From positions 32,001 to 96,000 of IMG/VR virus record IMGVR_UViG_3300044729_002129: a stretch of DNA of 64,000 nucleotides, one strand, 5' to 3'. Below are positions 48,472 to 56,685 of the stretch, in pieces. A program made the position numbers and the translations under genes. The stretch's first letter is position 1; every line of letters starts with the position of its first letter. The stretch is from a virus. The notes under the pieces are model-generated. The model searched no databases. It saw only the letters and a program-made list of their open reading frames with translations, and was not told the DNA's origin.

Positions 48472-49166
48472 GATATTATATTTTTTTTATGTATACATCC
48501 TTCCGATGACAATTTTCCTTTATAGAAAACAACGTCATGTGGAGTAAATTTTCTTTTTTGTTTTTTAAAAGCTATTATGCTATCGTGGAAACTTATTGAT
48601 TCAATATTGTTTGTATAATATGTTGGTTTTAGATGATTTGATTCAGAAAAATATGCGTTCAACTGATCAATCAGATGTTTTGAATACTCAACACAACTAG
48701 ATGGTAGTTTATATCCACCATTACAATCTTTCCAATAAGAGGTGTGTGTGTCTTCAATTAAATAGATACCACCATCCACAATGTGTGGAAATAACCACTC
48801 AAATGTATTAATTTGATGTTGGTTTATATGACTACCATCATCTAGAACAATATCAAAACTACCATATTTTTCAATCAGACTTTCAATGAAGTTTTTGTCA
48901 TTTTGATCTCCTATATGAATATCTATTCCATCACATTCAAGTTCTTTACAAGAACTATTAATGTCAATTCCAACAATTTTACTATCCTTATGAAAGTAAC
49001 TCTTCCACATTCTAGTAGATCCACCAGCTAGAACTCCTATCTCTAACATTAAAATAGGTTTATCTCTATACTTAGCAAAGTAATTTTCATAAATATCAAA
49101 ATAATGTTCCCACTTACACACGGGATATTCGCTGATTTCGAAACAATATTTTTGTAAATCGTTCAT
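48468..49166 (-). CDS. Class I SAM methyltransferase (MycE-like); start corrected to MNDLQKY
   Basis: KWEHYFDIYE, LEIGVLAGGS, GIDI, GDQ, IVLDDGSH, YLIEDTHTSYW. Confidence 0.88.
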   Translation of the reverse strand: MNDLQKYCFEISEYPVCKWEHYFDIYENYFAKYRDKPILMLEIGVLAGGSTRMWKSYFHKDSKIVGIDINSSCKELECDGIDIHIGDQNDKNFIESLIEKYGSFDIVLDDGSHINQHQINTFEWLFPHIVDGGIYLIEDTHTSYWKDCNGGYKLPSSCVEYSKHLIDQLNAYFSESNHLKPTYYTNNIESISFHDSIIAFKKQKRKFTPHDVVFYKGKLSSEGCIHKKNIIS

Positions 49167-49167
49167 A

Positions 49168-49644
49168 TTATTCAAATAACTTTTCCGTTTCTTTTTCAGA
49201 ATAACCATGTGATTTGATCAACTCAATCATTTTGGTCAAACCTGTTTCGTGTGAAATAAGTATGTTGTAATAATCCGTAGCATCTTTAGATCCCACATTA
49301 AAATATGAACAAAGACAATTAAGTATTGTTTCATTAACTGCCTTCTTGCTACTCTTGATATATGGACTAAATCCATAACTCTTTGGCAAAGCGTTAATTA
49401 AAAGTTTGTAGAATTGTTTCTCAGGCAATACCTCAAAGTATTTTGATACATATGAGATTTCCTCAATAATTGTTTTGTCCATACTAAGTACACGTAAAAT
49501 CATGTACTTACTAAATGTCTTTCGGTCGGATTCACTCAATGAGTCATAATAATCAGGATCTTGTGTTTGTCGAATATGTTTTACATGGTCAAACAAACCT
49601 TTAACCTTTATTGTTTCTTCCGTTGTTTTCTTTTTTGATTTCAT
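49168..49644 (-). CDS. Clamp loader small subunit (T4 gp62-like)
   Basis: LFDHVKHI...KTFSKYMILRVLSM...QFYKLL..LPK...YIK pattern typical of gp62-like proteins. Confidence 0.6.
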   Translation of the reverse strand: MKSKKKTTEETIKVKGLFDHVKHIRQTQDPDYYDSLSESDRKTFSKYMILRVLSMDKTIIEEISYVSKYFEVLPEKQFYKLLINALPKSYGFSPYIKSSKKAVNETILNCLCSYFNVGSKDATDYYNILISHETGLTKMIELIKSHGYSEKETEKLFE

Positions 49645-49861
49645 TACTATGAATTCTAACCCTACGTTTTAATTCCTCAAGATCTTTTACCATCTTGATT
49701 CGTTCAGCCGAAAGAATCTCCAATATCTCAACCATATTGGTTTGCAAGTCATCAAACTTTTGTACAAGTTTGTATGTGATAACAATCGATGCAATAGAAA
49801 ACGTGGTTGCCACCATTAGTAGCAACCACATAATAACATCGTTAGATGTTGTTTGGTTCAT
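49601..49861 (-). CDS. Small single-pass membrane coiled-coil protein
   Basis: Hydrophobic VIMWLLLMVATTFSIASIVITY followed by heptads; TAATG coupling. Confidence 0.6.
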   Translation of the reverse strand: MNQTTSNDVIMWLLLMVATTFSIASIVITYKLVQKFDDLQTNMVEILEILSAERIKMVKDLEELKRRVRIHSNEIKKENNGRNNKG

Positions 49862-50115
49862 TACTTGGTAGCGGTCTTAGCGGAAGTAACAGACTTAGCT
49901 GAGGCGGTCGAAGTAGAGGTGTAACCAGCATTCAAGACTTCACGTAGAGCCTTAATCTGACGACCATCTAGGTCAACACGGGTCTTACCAGAGCGAATGG
50001 TTAGACGAGCAGCCTTCTTAGCCTTTGGCATTGGGGTTGAGAGATATAGTTCAACACCAGTGGAATTGTGGCCTACGAAGTTAGTCTTGTTACGAGCGTT
50101 TGTACGAGTATACAT
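49861..50115 (-). CDS. Small basic protein, probably highly expressed
   Basis: K/R-rich, S/T/A/K tail, biased codons (CGT, AAG, ACC, GCT), own sigma70-like promoter. Confidence 0.75.
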   Translation of the reverse strand: MYTRTNARNKTNFVGHNSTGVELYLSTPMPKAKKAARLTIRSGKTRVDLDGRQIKALREVLNAGYTSTSTASAKSVTSAKTATK

Positions 50116-50182
50116 ATTATTTTTTCTTTCTTTTTTATTTGTTTATTTTTTCGTTTCGTTAGTTCATCACCAACTTGAAATT

Positions 50183-50211
50183 ACTTTACACTATTGTTTC
50201 TGTTTCGTCAA
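50183..50211 (-). promoter_or_regulatory. sigma70-like promoter
   Basis: TTGACG-N17-TAAAGT, 67 nt upstream of ATG 50115. Confidence 0.65.
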
Positions 50212-50224
50212 CAACTTTGATTAA

Positions 50225-51133
50225 TTATATTTTGAATTGTGTTTCAAAACGTTCAATAGCATAATCTTTAGCTTTGAACTCAAATTCAAAGTCTACATCA
50301 AGATCAACATATTCATCTGGAATATCACGAACATAATCACCATGCGCACGAGGATTTTTGTTGGTTGGATCATTGTCACTAAAGTGAAATAATGCTCGAT
50401 CTGGCCACGTTGATTTGGCCAGCATTGCAGCATTTTTACCAGTCAAATTACCTGGGTTGCAACGATGGTGTAAGTTATCATACGTGATTGGAATACCAGT
50501 CTTGGAATAAATTAGATCATACAGCTGTTGTACATTCCAGCTATTTGGCTTGTCTTCGTTCTCAAGCACCAGTCGAGACTTTACATTGACTGGCAATGTA
50601 TTGTACACGTTGATAAACCTATCAGCGATTTGATTGAGGTCACCTTTGAAACAATTCATATGAATGTTAATAGGAGCCTCATATGATTGAGGAAGACCAA
50701 ACAAATCCATCATAGTAGCGTGGTTTGTCAATTCTACAATTGATTTAGCAGAGACCGATGCATTACCACTAGCTGGTACAACAAATTGATCTGGATGTGT
50801 ACTACAACGTACATTGTACTTTTTGATAATATCAGATGTCAACTTGAATTCTTGTAGGATTAGATTGTAATCTGGAAGAACACTAAGTGATAGATTAGCT
50901 TCTGGTAACGTAGCTAAGGGAAACAAGTCGCTTGAGATACGATAATTCCAGTTACGTTTACCGCAAAACTCAATAGTTTTACGAGTTACAATAACATTAT
51001 TAAGTGTACGTTTGGATACAATAGATAATGCGTTAGTACGTTCAAGAGCAAGAAATCTGGTTTTGGTCATGGTATTAGCCTTGACACCTTGTTCTTGAAG
51101 TTTAAGAGAAATGCAGCACAATGATTTTTTCAT
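50225..51133 (-). CDS. uvsE: UV damage endonuclease (start corrected to MKKSLCC)
   Basis: LCCISL, YRISSDLFP, RCSTHPDQF, INIH, LVLENED, ITYDNLHH, TW, FHFS, RAHGDY, EFKAKD. Confidence 0.93.
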   Translation of the reverse strand: MKKSLCCISLKLQEQGVKANTMTKTRFLALERTNALSIVSKRTLNNVIVTRKTIEFCGKRNWNYRISSDLFPLATLPEANLSLSVLPDYNLILQEFKLTSDIIKKYNVRCSTHPDQFVVPASGNASVSAKSIVELTNHATMMDLFGLPQSYEAPINIHMNCFKGDLNQIADRFINVYNTLPVNVKSRLVLENEDKPNSWNVQQLYDLIYSKTGIPITYDNLHHRCNPGNLTGKNAAMLAKSTWPDRALFHFSDNDPTNKNPRAHGDYVRDIPDEYVDLDVDFEFEFKAKDYAIERFETQFKI

Positions 51134-51140
51134 TGTATTC

Positions 51141-51168
51141 AATATAACACGATTTTATAAATTGTCAA
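51141..51168 (-). promoter_or_regulatory. sigma70-like promoter for uvsE
   Basis: TTGACA-N16-TATATT, 7 nt from ATG 51133. Confidence 0.7.
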
Positions 51169-51170
51169 TA

Positions 51171-51557
51171 TTAAACTGATCCGGTGACGCAACAATCTAC
51201 ACCACACACTGGACTAAAATAACCAGTGAAGGTCCAGTTTTTTTCATCGGTCTTACTGGTCTTTTGCCAAGTAGCATATTTGTTTACACCCTGTGATAGA
51301 ATATATTCATATTGATTTGTTAAGTCAACATATTCATCACTTAAACTAACAAAGTCACTGCTATCATTTTTACGATAAAAGATTTTGTTCTTATACTTTG
51401 TTAATAACTCACCTTGTTCACCTGTAAATATATCGGTAGGACTATTATCAATCTGAGCAGTACTTCTGGCGGTTTGCGCAAAATTAGCAATCTTTTGAAT
51501 AAATCTTTGGAATCTATCTGAGAATGTATAATTTGAATTATCGTTGTTACTCGCCAT
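51171..51557 (-). CDS. Hypothetical protein (start corrected to MASNNDN)
   Basis: ATG 51557 preceded by CTATTTATT element within a 9-bp inverted repeat (atttactat/atagtaaat); Cys-rich C-terminus. Confidence 0.6.
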   Translation of the reverse strand: MASNNDNSNYTFSDRFQRFIQKIANFAQTARSTAQIDNSPTDIFTGEQGELLTKYKNKIFYRKNDSSDFVSLSDEYVDLTNQYEYILSQGVNKYATWQKTSKTDEKNWTFTGYFSPVCGVDCCVTGSV

Positions 51558-51582
51558 ATTTACTATAATAAATAGTAAATGT

Positions 51583-52761
51583 CTACCTTCCCACCTCACT
51601 AAAATAGTTATTTTTAGCAGTTTGATAGTCCATTCCAATCATTTGATTATAATAAAGAATATCGTCCTTTAGTCTATTTTCAGCTTTCAAAGTCTGATAT
51701 CTGGCTATAGCTTTGGCCTTCCACCATTCCAAAATAGCCTTTTCTGTATATAATGGATTGAATATTAACTTACTTTCATCAATCTTACTGCATAGAAAGT
51801 CTTTGGTGTTCTTATATGGACAAGCATAATATGTACCCCGTTCAAATCCATGTACATATGTGCTTTGTTTGATACCCAACTCTGAGAAAATCATACCAAT
51901 AACTCTAGCTTTTGCTCCAGTTACAGGCCCACTTACACCTTCACGTTGAGTCATAGCCTTCTGATATTTCTCTGATTTATTATCCTTGATCCAATCATGC
52001 CATACTTTGTAAATTGAATCATCTGGTTTAATAGACATTTTACCAGCACTAGTACCACATTTGTGCCACCACTTTAGACTATTATACATACTATAACTGC
52101 CATAGAGGCTGGTTGTAGTGATTCCAACTAAAAGCTGGTTATATAGAGCCTGCCATGCGTTCCTGACCGTCTCTGCCGTGACTAGAGCTGCAATTAACTT
52201 ACCACCCAAGAAATTATATCCAAACGGCTGGGTACTCATGATACAACTACCAATAGCACTATGAGCCAATCGTTTGTTTTGTAGTTTATCATCTGGAGTC
52301 CAACCAATGTATTTGTCTCGGTCAGTAATAGTAATAACATCGCTGGACATACTAATGACTCCCAAATATCTTGGGTTATCCATATTACCATCCGTAATTA
52401 GAAACTTAACAAATCTACCTGGTGTTTGAGCAAACTCCATTGTATGAACAAAGGTTCTAAGCATCAACCAATCGTTCTCTAGAACTTTATTGTTTACATG
52501 TACAACGGTAGGATTTAGTTCTTGGATCTCTTTGATAGTCAATGACTCATTGTGAATATCAGTTGGAGTCCAAATCTTGGCTTTTGCCTGAACTGCTCTA
52601 GAAGAATAGTTATTGAGGCTTTGAACTTCAATCCATTTCTTATAGAAGGTTTGTTCTTCTACACTCATAGACTTCAAAAAGTCTAGGTTCTCAATCAACT
52701 TCTGTTTATTGACATTATAATCAAATGCCTCAACCCCGAAAAATTCTTGTAGTGCGTCCAT
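51583..52761 (-). CDS. DUF4338 / DruA-like protein
   Basis: PGR..KFL, LGVISMSSD...RDKYIGW, QPFGYNFLGGKLIAAL, TTTSLYG..SMYN. Confidence 0.7.
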   Translation of the reverse strand: MDALQEFFGVEAFDYNVNKQKLIENLDFLKSMSVEEQTFYKKWIEVQSLNNYSSRAVQAKAKIWTPTDIHNESLTIKEIQELNPTVVHVNNKVLENDWLMLRTFVHTMEFAQTPGRFVKFLITDGNMDNPRYLGVISMSSDVITITDRDKYIGWTPDDKLQNKRLAHSAIGSCIMSTQPFGYNFLGGKLIAALVTAETVRNAWQALYNQLLVGITTTSLYGSYSMYNSLKWWHKCGTSAGKMSIKPDDSIYKVWHDWIKDNKSEKYQKAMTQREGVSGPVTGAKARVIGMIFSELGIKQSTYVHGFERGTYYACPYKNTKDFLCSKIDESKLIFNPLYTEKAILEWWKAKAIARYQTLKAENRLKDDILYYNQMIGMDYQTAKNNYFSEVGR

Positions 52762-52782
52762 ATTTATATATATCCTATCATG
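52759..52782. promoter_or_regulatory. Putative bidirectional element between divergent starts
   Basis: CAT-ATTTATATATATCCTATC-ATG: + ATATTTATA, - ATATATATA; 18-bp spacer. Confidence 0.45.
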
Positions 52783-53022
52783 AAGTACAAAAAGATCAAT
52801 CCAAAAGAAGATACATTCTACATATTCGAAATATCAAGTATCAAGTATGCAATTTATGATAGTGCATTTGATGAACCAATATATCACGGCAGTTGGAACA
52901 TGGTAGAAGGTATCATAAAGAATATAAAAAAACATGCCAAGAGTGCAAATATTCTTTATTATGTAAAAGATAAAAGCGGACCCTTGTTAATGAGTCCGCT
53001 TTGGTCACATAAAGGTGAGTAA
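52780..53022 (+). CDS. Hypothetical protein
   Basis: 80-aa ORF that fills the gap exactly. Confidence 0.65.
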   Translation: MKYKKINPKEDTFYIFEISSIKYAIYDSAFDEPIYHGSWNMVEGIIKNIKKHAKSANILYYVKDKSGPLLMSPLWSHKGE

Positions 53023-53388
53023 TTAAGCAGTCACCTTATCGGTTGAAACATTCTCAACAACAACTGGAGTTGTTTCTACAACCTTATTATCAATCTTGAT
53101 AACATTGACATTTAGACCATCCTTGATAATACATCCACGATTCTTTGCCTCAATAATATGTTGATCATTAATTGGAGTACAAGCAAGAACCACACGGGGA
53201 CGACCCTTGCCATTGTGTAGATATCCTACCTCACCAACCTGACCATTATCAATGGCCTTCTTAAGTCGAACTCGCAAAGTAATATTTACGAATTCAGGAT
53301 TTGCATTGTTTAGTTCTTCAATAGAAAACACGTTAGTTGGCCATGTTACTACTAGGTTTGTCTTGTTCTTACGATCTGTCTTTTTCAT
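53023..53388 (-). CDS. Hypothetical protein, possible winged-helix DNA-binding
   Basis: FSIEEL...ITLRVRL...GKGRPRVV resembles a wHTH with wing; own promoter and AAGGA SD. Confidence 0.55.
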   Translation of the reverse strand: MKKTDRKNKTNLVVTWPTNVFSIEELNNANPEFVNITLRVRLKKAIDNGQVGEVGYLHNGKGRPRVVLACTPINDQHIIEAKNRGCIIKDGLNVNVIKIDNKVVETTPVVVENVSTDKVTA

Positions 53389-53428
53389 TTTTTATCCTTG
53401 TTTTATTGTTATACTGCGATTTAATAAA

Positions 53429-53456
53429 AGTTTAACACAAATATATTATTCGTCAA
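53429..53456 (-). promoter_or_regulatory. sigma70-like promoter
   Basis: TTGACG-N16-TAAACT. Confidence 0.65.
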
Positions 53457-55566
53457 CACTTTCCAACATCTTTTTATTAAGAGTGGAAACGATTTGATTT
53501 AGATTATTGAAGTTAATAAAATTACTATCTTTACCATACATAACTTTAAAGTTATCACGATGAACATTAGCATAAGAATTATTTTCATATTCTGTAATAT
53601 AATATGAAATAACCTTATATCCAGCAGACGTAATCTTACTTACCTGTTTACGAGTGTGTTGTGCAGCAGCAGTACCACTATAGCTATATGATCCATTTGT
53701 TGATGAAATCATAAAGCATGGTTCTCCATCACTAATATTGATAAAGTAGTTATCACTTTCAACATCACACTTCGTAATGTGTTTCATAATTGCCTCATAA
53801 CATAGACCTTCAGGAGTTGATCCAGATGGAACGATATAAGGAAATAGATTTTTAATCTTACTAAACTTGTCTTTGCGAGAATCATATGCGATTACAACAT
53901 AAGGATTCTTTCCATATGTAGATCTAATACTAATAGTTACATTAATATTATCCAACATAGAAGCAGCCTTAGCAATAGTGGTACACAATTTGATTGTGTT
54001 TAACCATTTAACACCACCCATACTAGCACTGCCATCCAATGTAATGTGAAAGTTCATCTTCTTATACTTATGTACTGCCGTAGTGTAAAAAATATTTTCT
54101 ACATCAGCGCCAAGTTCATGAAGAATTCGTTTGTCAATCTTACCAATCTGACGACGGCTGAACTTATCAATATTCACTTCGTTACGAAACTGAATACGTT
54201 TAGCAAGTTTAACTCCCATCACAATTCCCAAGTTGACATAGTTAGCTACATCATCATTGTATAAAGCACGGGTATCAACACTAGTACGACTATAATAGTC
54301 ATGACTCTTGATTTTCTTCAATACGAACTCAGAAGAATCCATTAGTTCACGGGTCAAATTCTTTACTACAATGCACTCAATAGCACCAACGCCACCATAG
54401 TTGCGAATATAGTCTTGAGCTACATCTGTAATTTCAACCTGACTTTTTTCTAGTACATCAAGCAAAGTCTTTTCCTTTTTAGTAACTTTCTTCTTGGAAA
54501 TCTTCCCATTTAGAAAATCCTTCTGTTTAGAAAAAGCCTTAATAATCTTACCTTGTTTAGTCTTGCTTACTTTTGGATCACTTCCGATTTCTTTTGATGT
54601 ATCAGTTTGTGGCTTTACAGAAGTTGTCTCACCTCCCAGAATATCATCCAAACTGGTAGATGCGTCTCCAGTATCGTTGGAAACCTCTGTTCCACCAATA
54701 GTAGTATTGCTATCACCATCTTGTGACTCTTTAGATTCTGATCCTTCCGATCCATCACCAGATCCAGGTTCGATGATTTGTTCAGCTGGCTTTTTAGATG
54801 CTTCTGTGATATTAGAAAAAACAATCTCAGCGATCTTAAAAGACAACGCGTAACGACTAGCTGATGTGTCCAAACGTGAGATGTTTGTCAAATCAATAAG
54901 TTTAGCAACATCATACAATCCAGGCAAAGCTCTTAGATCAGTATTAAGATTTGTTAGGTTGATAATACGATATGAGTATGAATCTGGAGTTGTGGTACGA
55001 TATAGCTGACTCTTTAGTCCATCATCAATAACTTTACTATTGAAGTACTTATCGTATAAAGATTCATAATATCCACGATAACCAGGAGCAGACTTGTAAA
55101 TACTATAATCAATGTATCGATCTTCGATGTAATTGAAAATCATTTTACAAAACTCTGCCACCTCTTGTTTTGAAATATTCAAAGGTTCGGTGAGATTATA
55201 AATACTGCGAGGTACATTGACATTTATATTCTTGTACAACTCCATGTCACTATAAACAATGTGACTAGCTTCATGTAGTGCCAATCCTACAGCAACATCG
55301 AAGTTATCCTTCTCATGTACATCACTGCCAATATATACAACCTCACCATCAGTGCAACTCACATTACTATCATTAAACATCACCGGAATAGACTTACCAG
55401 TAAGAATAGTGACATAATTTGAAATTGCACGACGAGCAGACGACAACCGAATGAGATCAGCGGTTGACTCTGTTTCAGAGGATGAAACATCTACCATATC
55501 GGAATCATCGCTGAAATCCCATTCAATATCGTAGTCTTTATACCAAAAGTCGCTGTAATTGCTCAT
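53446..55566 (-). CDS. VWA domain protein with N-terminal HExxH metallopeptidase-like domain (CobT-like)
   Basis: TDG, GLALHEASHI, NYIEDRYID, acidic linker, GKID, MIDAS LDGSASM, GSTPE, ISDGEP. Confidence 0.85.
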   Translation of the reverse strand: MSNYSDFWYKDYDIEWDFSDDSDMVDVSSSETESTADLIRLSSARRAISNYVTILTGKSIPVMFNDSNVSCTDGEVVYIGSDVHEKDNFDVAVGLALHEASHIVYSDMELYKNINVNVPRSIYNLTEPLNISKQEVAEFCKMIFNYIEDRYIDYSIYKSAPGYRGYYESLYDKYFNSKVIDDGLKSQLYRTTTPDSYSYRIINLTNLNTDLRALPGLYDVAKLIDLTNISRLDTSASRYALSFKIAEIVFSNITEASKKPAEQIIEPGSGDGSEGSESKESQDGDSNTTIGGTEVSNDTGDASTSLDDILGGETTSVKPQTDTSKEIGSDPKVSKTKQGKIIKAFSKQKDFLNGKISKKKVTKKEKTLLDVLEKSQVEITDVAQDYIRNYGGVGAIECIVVKNLTRELMDSSEFVLKKIKSHDYYSRTSVDTRALYNDDVANYVNLGIVMGVKLAKRIQFRNEVNIDKFSRRQIGKIDKRILHELGADVENIFYTTAVHKYKKMNFHITLDGSASMGGVKWLNTIKLCTTIAKAASMLDNINVTISIRSTYGKNPYVVIAYDSRKDKFSKIKNLFPYIVPSGSTPEGLCYEAIMKHITKCDVESDNYFINISDGEPCFMISSTNGSYSYSGTAAAQHTRKQVSKITSAGYKVISYYITEYENNSYANVHRDNFKVMYGKDSNFINFNNLNQIVSTLNKKMLESVDE

Positions 55567-55600
55567 ATTAGTTGTCGTATGTTATTTTGTTGTTTATTTA

Positions 55601-56575
55601 TTAAAAAGGAGGTTGTTCTGTCTTTAGAGGATCAGCAAACAACGTTTCCTTTGCATTGGTCTTTACATACTTCTGCACCAACTGACGTAGATAAGTGCGC
55701 TCACTATCAACGCCACCATCGTCGTTAAAATTAGGATATATCGTAGTCTCTGCAATTTCAAGTAAATTAAATCCATCCACGATCAATTCTGCGATTTCCA
55801 CAGTGCTACGGGTTGGAATAAAGTTGGTCAACTTGCTATCTTCTTGCTTGACCTGCTTGCGTGTATGATCGGCAATTTCACAAACAGCCTTCAGAATGTC
55901 CAACTGATCTACATCAGTTAGGTTGAATCGATTCTTGAGTAGATTAAACTCAGTGTCCTTGTCAAGAGGATTCATCTCAATCTTTACAGGAAAACGTGAT
56001 AGAAGAGCACGATCCATAACACGGGTAGCGGTGTACTCATTACCAACGTTTGCGGTAGCAATAAATGTTACACCATCAGCAACCTTGACCACTTCGTTGT
56101 CTTCCTTTTCATCCAAACGAAGATAACGTTGTAGATCATCTAGAACCGTCATTAGAATATTTACACCATCGTGGTGAGCACGGCTAATTTCATCAAGAAG
56201 AATAACAGCATTTGGAGTCTTGATAGCCTTAATAAAGGAAGACTCCTTAAACAATGTGCCAGTGTTCTTATCAAAATGAGTATTACCAATCAAAGCACTA
56301 CGAGCATCTTGCGTAGCACCCAGATTGAAATAGAAAAACTTGTTATCTTTGCCAAGTACTTTGGCGACGGTCTGAGCGGCAAGCGTCTTGCCACAACCAG
56401 TTGGACCAAGAAGCAAAATGTTCTTGCCACGAAGAGCGGATCGTACCATATACTTCCACTTAATATCATCCATAATCAACGAATCCGGACGAAGGTTGAT
56501 ACAGGTGTTCAAATATGACTTCAAATCAAAGTCAGTTGCGGTGGTCAATTTAGCGACGTTTTTTGTGTTCTTCAT
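55601..56575 (-). CDS. MoxR/CbbQ/CobS-like AAA+ ATPase
   Basis: LLGPTGCGKT, LLDEISRA, IATANVGNEY..TR.MDRALLSRF, PTR. Confidence 0.92.
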   Translation of the reverse strand: MKNTKNVAKLTTATDFDLKSYLNTCINLRPDSLIMDDIKWKYMVRSALRGKNILLLGPTGCGKTLAAQTVAKVLGKDNKFFYFNLGATQDARSALIGNTHFDKNTGTLFKESSFIKAIKTPNAVILLDEISRAHHDGVNILMTVLDDLQRYLRLDEKEDNEVVKVADGVTFIATANVGNEYTATRVMDRALLSRFPVKIEMNPLDKDTEFNLLKNRFNLTDVDQLDILKAVCEIADHTRKQVKQEDSKLTNFIPTRSTVEIAELIVDGFNLLEIAETTIYPNFNDDGGVDSERTYLRQLVQKYVKTNAKETLFADPLKTEQPPF

Positions 56576-56599
56576 ATTAAATGTTTCTTACCTAAGATC

Positions 56600-56627
56600 A
56601 GTCTATCACGACTTTTTTGAATGTCAA
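56600..56627 (-). promoter_or_regulatory. sigma70-like promoter for AAA/VWA pair
   Basis: TTGACA-N16-TAGACT with TG upstream of -10. Confidence 0.7.
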
Positions 56628-56685
56628 CGGTCAAAATAAAAAAATACCATGTGTTTTGTATACAATTTATATAATACTTATAGAT

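Noticed and set aside
50150-50172. Hammerhead-ribozyme-like GUGAUGA...CGAAAC on the minus strand
   Set aside because: Core is GUGAUGA rather than CUGANGA, and no stem II or other flanking helices can form.
51583-52761. Complete Druantia defence system
   Set aside because: No DruE helicase or DruB-D genes nearby.
53446-56575. Cobalamin chelatase CobST supplying the B12 radical SAM enzyme
   Set aside because: No CobN or other cob genes; phage CobS/T-like pairs are generic MoxR-VWA modules.
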